From: Pseudomonadota bacterium
GTDB taxonomy: Bacteria > Bdellovibrionota > Bdellovibrionia > Bdellovibrionales > SG-bin7
Reading direction: 5' to 3'
Length of the DNA: 64,000 bases
NCBI GenBank assembly: GCA_034439715.1
Contig: JAWXAY010000070.1
Span: 1-64,000, forward strand
Of the stretch, positions 59,320 through 64,000 are shown in pieces (the stretch's first letter is position 1; each line of letters starts with the position of its first letter). The notes beneath the pieces were generated by a model. The model was not told where the DNA came from, ran no database searches, and was given only the letters and a program-made list of their open reading frames with translations. The translations under genes were made by a program, and so were the position numbers.

Positions 59320-59328
59320 GGAAGAAAT

Positions 59329-59940
59329 TCACTCCATTTTATTAAATGCCATTTCGGCAGTACCCAGTGGGCCGGAGAGTGTAATTTTACTCGGTGCTGA
59401 TTGCACGACCGAAACAGGAACACGAAATTTAATTGTGTAAGGCGTGCTCCAGCGATTGTGGTAGGGGTAAAGCCGCATTAGTTCAGTGGGATGCTCTGTA
59501 TTTTTGATAACGGCTCCTTCGTATCGGCGGCCCCCGGCTTCTAAATAGACTGTCCAGATTGATCCTTTTTTTGCGAGATTATTATCTTTATTGGCAGGAG
59601 TAAAAAAACTCAAGAATACATAAGTGTCATAGCTCAGCTCTTGTAAGGTTTTTTCTAACTCGCTGTTGAGTTTATCAGACGACCAGCTTGAGTACTGCGC
59701 TTGAAATCTCACGCGGGCCTCGGACATCTCTGTATTGAGTAGGGTTGCATTAAATTCGTAGGCATTATAGAACCCGCTATAGTAGACGTCTTTTACGGAC
59801 CATTTTTCTACAATTTTAGTGTATTTCGCGGGGTCAAATTCATGGCGAAATGTTTTTTCGTCTTCAGCAATTTTGGGTTCGGATGAACAAGCCGAGAGAA
59901 TTACTGAAAAAAGCATCAGCATTAGTAAGATTTTTTTCAT
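59329..59940 (-). CDS. Lipoprotein, unknown function
   Basis: LSAC lipobox; ATGA overlap with the upstream lysophospholipase. Confidence 0.8.
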   Translation of the reverse strand: MKKILLMLMLFSVILSACSSEPKIAEDEKTFRHEFDPAKYTKIVEKWSVKDVYYSGFYNAYEFNATLLNTEMSEARVRFQAQYSSWSSDKLNSELEKTLQELSYDTYVFLSFFTPANKDNNLAKKGSIWTVYLEAGGRRYEGAVIKNTEHPTELMRLYPYHNRWSTPYTIKFRVPVSVVQSAPSKITLSGPLGTAEMAFNKME

Positions 59941-60782
59941 ATTTTCTCCAAGAAGCCAGACAAAAAGTGATTGAGATCAGAATACACCAAAGGCCTCCCC
60001 ACTTCGTTAAAAATTTCGTGATAGTAATCTTTGTAGAGCTTAAGGTCCTTGCGTTGAGATCCTACGCGTTCAAAAAATCGCTCAGAGGCTTTCACGCTGG
60101 TAATTAAATCCTCCCCAGCCAGTTGTGTAAGCAGCGGCATTTGAATTTTGGAGGCGTGGAGCATAGCGTAGTCCATTGTTTCGATCATGCTCAGATAAAG
60201 TGAAATTGAGATTCGGTCATGGCGAAGTGGATCGGAGGCATAGGAGCGATAGATCTGTTCGTCGTGAGTTAGATGCTCATAAATAATTTCATTATTTAAA
60301 GTAAGACTAGGGATAAATCGGTGGATCAGTTTTGCGGCCATATCTTTAAACTGAGGTACAGCTAAGGCAATTCCAAGGAGAGGAGAGCTAAGAGAAAGGG
60401 CGCGAGTTCCCATATCACCAAAATCAATGACGGCTTGAATAGAAATTAAACCACCAGTAGAGTGTCCCAAAAGAAAGAGCGGTTCATGAACTTTGACCTT
60501 GGTTTTTAAATGATTAACAAGTTCATTGAGATCTTTCGAAAACTCACCAAAATGTTTGACATAGCCGCGCTTTCCTTCCGAGCGGCCATGTCCGCGCAAA
60601 TCCCAGCCGATTAAGCTCCAGTTGAAAGGGGCTAGACCTTCAGCCAATCGATTGTAGCACTCAGAGTGTTCTGCCAGGCCATGGGTTACTAAAATCGTGC
60701 CCTTGGGTGAATCGACATCCCATGTTTGAAAGAAGAGTTCGGTTCCATCATAGCCGCGAAAGGTGCCTTCTGTACGATTCAT
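59937..60782 (-). CDS. Lysophospholipase / monoacylglycerol lipase family alpha/beta hydrolase
   Basis: HGLAEHS, DLRGHGRS, GHSTGG nucleophile elbow, YHEIFNE. Confidence 0.92.
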   Translation of the reverse strand: MNRTEGTFRGYDGTELFFQTWDVDSPKGTILVTHGLAEHSECYNRLAEGLAPFNWSLIGWDLRGHGRSEGKRGYVKHFGEFSKDLNELVNHLKTKVKVHEPLFLLGHSTGGLISIQAVIDFGDMGTRALSLSSPLLGIALAVPQFKDMAAKLIHRFIPSLTLNNEIIYEHLTHDEQIYRSYASDPLRHDRISISLYLSMIETMDYAMLHASKIQMPLLTQLAGEDLITSVKASERFFERVGSQRKDLKLYKDYYHEIFNEVGRPLVYSDLNHFLSGFLEKI

Positions 60783-60863
60783 GCAATTTAATTCTTAGCC
60801 TAAAAGGTAGGAGGGTCAAGACTCATTGTCCTTTTCAAAATTTTGAATTAGTATAGAAAAAAC

Positions 60864-61433
60864 ATGAAGAAAACAACCTTGACCTTAGTCAGTCTCATCC
60901 TCGCCTCAGTCTTTGCAGCGCCGCGGGTTTATGCCCAAAACGAAAACCGAAAAGACAATGCTGAGATTGGGCAAAATGTTGGCTCGGAGTGGGGATTTCA
61001 TTTGGGTAGTTTTTTGCCCAATCAGATTGATGGCATCACCGAAATTTTACCCATGTGGGGATTGCGCTATGGTTTTAAAACAAAGCGAGGATTTATTGAG
61101 GCTGGTGCTGATTTTTCAAAGGCAATGGGGACTCGGTTCTCATCACTTTCTCTCGGTGTTCGCGGCGATATCCCTGTTCAATCATTAGTGGGTCACGTCT
61201 CTTTGGGGTTGGATATCCATCAAGTAATACCGCCAGATACTGAGCACACTACATATTTAGGTGGTGGGCATGTTGGTGGCGGAATTATGGCGCTGGTTGG
61301 TGGCGACGTGTGGTTTCGCACAGATATGAAATTTAACTTTAACCCCGGCACCAGCCTTTACATTGGCTTCGGCTTTATTTTCAGGTTTCCGGAAGGCACC
61401 GACGCCGACGGTGGTGGGCGTCCACCAGAGTGA
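60864..61433 (+). CDS. Small outer-membrane beta-barrel-like secreted protein
   Basis: Signal peptide and amphipathic strands ending YIGFGFIFRF, followed by a short tail. Confidence 0.68.
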   Translation: MKKTTLTLVSLILASVFAAPRVYAQNENRKDNAEIGQNVGSEWGFHLGSFLPNQIDGITEILPMWGLRYGFKTKRGFIEAGADFSKAMGTRFSSLSLGVRGDIPVQSLVGHVSLGLDIHQVIPPDTEHTTYLGGGHVGGGIMALVGGDVWFRTDMKFNFNPGTSLYIGFGFIFRFPEGTDADGGGRPPE

Positions 61434-61466
61434 ATTCGCGATTAGGGGCTGGCACTTTACGAGAAA

Positions 61467-62990
61467 TCACAAAATATAATGAATGCCGACGGACTCTCTT
61501 CGAGCGAGAGCCGCGCGAACCATGAGCACAGCCACAAGCGCCAGATTCCTCAATTCTAAAATATCTTTATGAAGTGGGTAGTTCCAATAGTAATGATTTA
61601 CTTCTTGTGAAATATCTTCGAGACGTTTTTCAGCACGAATCAAACGTTGCGTAGTGCGCACTATTCCCATGTAATTCCACATCAAAGTTCTGATTTCTTG
61701 CCAGAGGTGACGAATAACTATCATCTCGGTGCGATCCGGTGAGGGCGGAATCTCCCAATTTTTCGCCACAAGTGGCGAAATCTCAAACTCCGACCAATGT
61801 TCCTTAAGATATCCCGAGGTGTTGTGTGCAGTCGCGAGACACTCTAATAAAGAATTCGAAGCCAAGCGATTAGCGCCATGTAGTCCGTTACAACCCGTTT
61901 CCCCAATTGAAAAAAGACTTTTGATCTCAGTTGCTCCTGTAATATCCGTAACTACGCCGCCACATAGATAGTGAGCAGCTGGGACTACGGGGATAGGTTG
62001 AGTGGTTATGTCGATCCCATAATTCAAACACTGTTTGTAAATAAACGGAAATCGCTCTTTAATGAACTTAGGATCCTTATGAGAAATATCTAAATACACG
62101 CAAGGGTGCCCCGATTTTTTAATTTCTGCATCCATCGAACGAGCCACAATGTCTCGGGGCGCCAAGTTGCCCATCGGGTGCGCGTTCAGCATAAATTCTT
62201 CACGGCTAAAATTCACTAGTTTAGCGCCTTCACCACGTAGAGTTTCTGATAACAAAAAATTTCTGGCTTCGGGATGAAAAAGGCAAGTAGGATGAAATTG
62301 CATGAATTCCAGATTGGTTACTCTGGCCCCGGCTCGGTAAGCCATGGCGATACCATCGCCCGTGGCTCCACTCCAATTGGATGTATAAAGGTAAACTTTG
62401 CCCGCGCCGCCCGTGGCAAGGACAGTCACCTTGGCCTTGATAGCTATTACTCGTTGATTCTCCATATCGTAAACGTAACTACCGATACAAGTATTGGGTA
62501 AAATTGATAAGGGATTTAATTTTCTTGAAGTTAATAAATCTATGGCCATATGATTTTGCAAAACCTGAATGCGAGAATTTTCTTGAGTCTTTTTTAACAG
62601 TGCGGCGTGGACGGTACTTCCTGTTTGGTCTTTAATATGTAGAATGCGGTTTTCTTGATGTCCACCCTCACGGCCCAAATCAAAATCAAATGTCACACCC
62701 CAATTTACCAAATCACGAATGCGAGCAGGTGCCTGGCGTACAATATTCTCAACTGTCTCGCGTCGACACAATCCTGCACCGGCGTCTAAAGTATCTTGTA
62801 CATGCTTTTCAAAGGAATCAGTTTCAGTTATGACTGCGGCGATTCCGCCTTGAGCTAGGGCAGAACTCGAAAGGGTAGCCTCATCTTTAGAGAGTAAGAT
62901 TACATTAAATTGGTCAGCCATTTTTAAGGAGAGAGTGAGACCGGCAGCCCCCGAGCCAATAATTAAAATGTCAGTTGAGATTGATTCCAC
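61467..62990 (-). CDS. nadB: L-aspartate oxidase
   Basis: IIGSGAAG, AQGGIAA, REGGH, LATGG, QFHPT, LAPRDIVAR, PAAHY.CGG and GLHGANRLASNSLLE motifs. Start is GTG 62990 or 62999. Confidence 0.95.
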   Translation of the reverse strand: MESISTDILIIGSGAAGLTLSLKMADQFNVILLSKDEATLSSSALAQGGIAAVITETDSFEKHVQDTLDAGAGLCRRETVENIVRQAPARIRDLVNWGVTFDFDLGREGGHQENRILHIKDQTGSTVHAALLKKTQENSRIQVLQNHMAIDLLTSRKLNPLSILPNTCIGSYVYDMENQRVIAIKAKVTVLATGGAGKVYLYTSNWSGATGDGIAMAYRAGARVTNLEFMQFHPTCLFHPEARNFLLSETLRGEGAKLVNFSREEFMLNAHPMGNLAPRDIVARSMDAEIKKSGHPCVYLDISHKDPKFIKERFPFIYKQCLNYGIDITTQPIPVVPAAHYLCGGVVTDITGATEIKSLFSIGETGCNGLHGANRLASNSLLECLATAHNTSGYLKEHWSEFEISPLVAKNWEIPPSPDRTEMIVIRHLWQEIRTLMWNYMGIVRTTQRLIRAEKRLEDISQEVNHYYWNYPLHKDILELRNLALVAVLMVRAALARRESVGIHYIL

Positions 62991-63766
62991 TAGGTGCACG
63001 GCTGTTCAAAGACTAATAGGCGTTTTTCTCGAGTGGAGAGATCCTCATACTCATAGCAGCGTGTGAAGTCCGACCGAAGCTCGCTGTCACTCTCAAAAGG
63101 GGGACACTCAATATATTTTTCAGGATTAAATGTGTCATTATATTTTTTTTCTTCTATTTTAAAGTGGCCATTAGTTTTAATCGCCATTTGAAGTGTTGCC
63201 GACCCTCCTTCAGATGCAATGGGATAATCAATAAGAATACTTTCGCCAGCGACCGCCAGCGGAACTTCGTCAATGGGCAGCAGCCAGCTGCGAGCGATTT
63301 TTTGCTCTCTAACTTCAAGGGCCTTGCCAAGGGCAAAGGGTTTACCGCCTGGATCTGACAATGTCCCGGCAAAGACGGTTTTAATTTTGCCGCAAGGGTG
63401 GGGACCCAATTTATAATCGGTCACGGAATCTTCGCCTTCGCCCCAGATAATAATGGGCACGCCAAAATTTGCGCGGTAGCCATCTACTTGCGAAGCTATG
63501 GGTTTTTTCCAATCAACCTCTGATTTTAAAAAAGTCTCCCACTTCTTCGCTTGTTCCCCAAAATTTCCACCCATATAATCATTTTCGTGTTGGGTTTCTG
63601 TACTTTCTGCCGGAATGCTGCCTTCTATTGGGGCGCTCTTTATTTCAATATCAGAGACTGTTTTGTTAGAATTATTTTTAAGCTTACTTATCAATACTGG
63701 CAACGACGCCAAGACTAAGAAGCCAATGAACAGAGTGAGAAGAAACTTACGGTTTATGCGCATCAT
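62990..63766 (-). CDS. Membrane-anchored hypothetical protein
   Basis: N-terminal TM helix and four Cys; stop overlaps the nadB start. Confidence 0.7.
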   Translation of the reverse strand: MMRINRKFLLTLFIGFLVLASLPVLISKLKNNSNKTVSDIEIKSAPIEGSIPAESTETQHENDYMGGNFGEQAKKWETFLKSEVDWKKPIASQVDGYRANFGVPIIIWGEGEDSVTDYKLGPHPCGKIKTVFAGTLSDPGGKPFALGKALEVREQKIARSWLLPIDEVPLAVAGESILIDYPIASEGGSATLQMAIKTNGHFKIEEKKYNDTFNPEKYIECPPFESDSELRSDFTRCYEYEDLSTREKRLLVFEQPCT

Positions 63767-63920
63767 ACGGACCAAAGGCTAAAGCATTTCGCTTAAATTG
63801 GGAGTTTTTTTAGAGGTTAACTCGCATTGTCATGGACTGAGGACTTGATTATATAGAGACCCCCTACCTACAATTAACTGAGAGTGAAGACTAAGGAAGT
63901 CATACATTTTGAGGGCAAGG

Positions 63921-64000
63921 ATGCGTAATCAAAAGACACAGGCTTTCGTCCTGGTTTCAATAATTATATTTGCGGCGTTAGTGTTTGTTTACCGAACGAC
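63921..64000 (+). CDS. 5' end of a probable membrane-anchored or secreted protein (runs off the window)
   Basis: GAGG upstream; ATG 63921 reads MRNQKTQAFVLVSIIIFAALVFVYRT with no stop. Confidence 0.5.
   Translation, partial: MRNQKTQAFVLVSIIIFAALVFVYRT

Noticed and set aside
63..63669. Numerous 60-160 aa ORFs antisense to or nested in identified genes (e.g. 14633-15088, 19173-19871, 27972-28454, 49920-50309, 53093-53479)
   Set aside because: They lie within well-supported genes, mostly as antisense shadows, and show no recognisable motifs or RBS.

Overview
A 64-kb chromosomal window, roughly 40% GC by eye. It most likely comes from a Bdellovibrionota-type predatory bacterium; this is an inference from gene content (REC-DnaJ-TPR protein, Ser/Thr kinase with PEGA repeats, MCP ending in GTTDGF, AddAB-like pair, many lipoproteins and outer-membrane barrels). 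In order it carries: purT; a dcw cell-wall/division cluster (mraY-murD-ftsW-murG-murC-murB ... ddl-ftsQ-ftsA-ftsZ-lpxH) split by a 7.7-kb insert containing sixA, ppk1, ppx and a phytase-like esterase; a nine-gene chemosensory operon; recN, nadK and an M3 peptidase; surface-protein genes; fadD, a Ser/Thr kinase and coaE; a locus of three paralogous TraF/FadL/PorV-like barrels with two related Cys-rich lipoproteins, interrupted by an HNH endonuclease gene; addB/addA-like genes; a lysophospholipase; and nadB. The two best candidates for undescribed systems are (1) the chemosensory operon, which has a CheA lacking its Hpt domain, a separate Hpt-CheW protein, a pseudo-receiver-CheA and a CheD-REC-pseudoCheB fusion, and (2) the barrel/lipoprotein locus with its 18-bp repeat array. 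I found no rRNA, tRNA or CRISPR array. All family calls come from motif recognition by eye, not from database searches.
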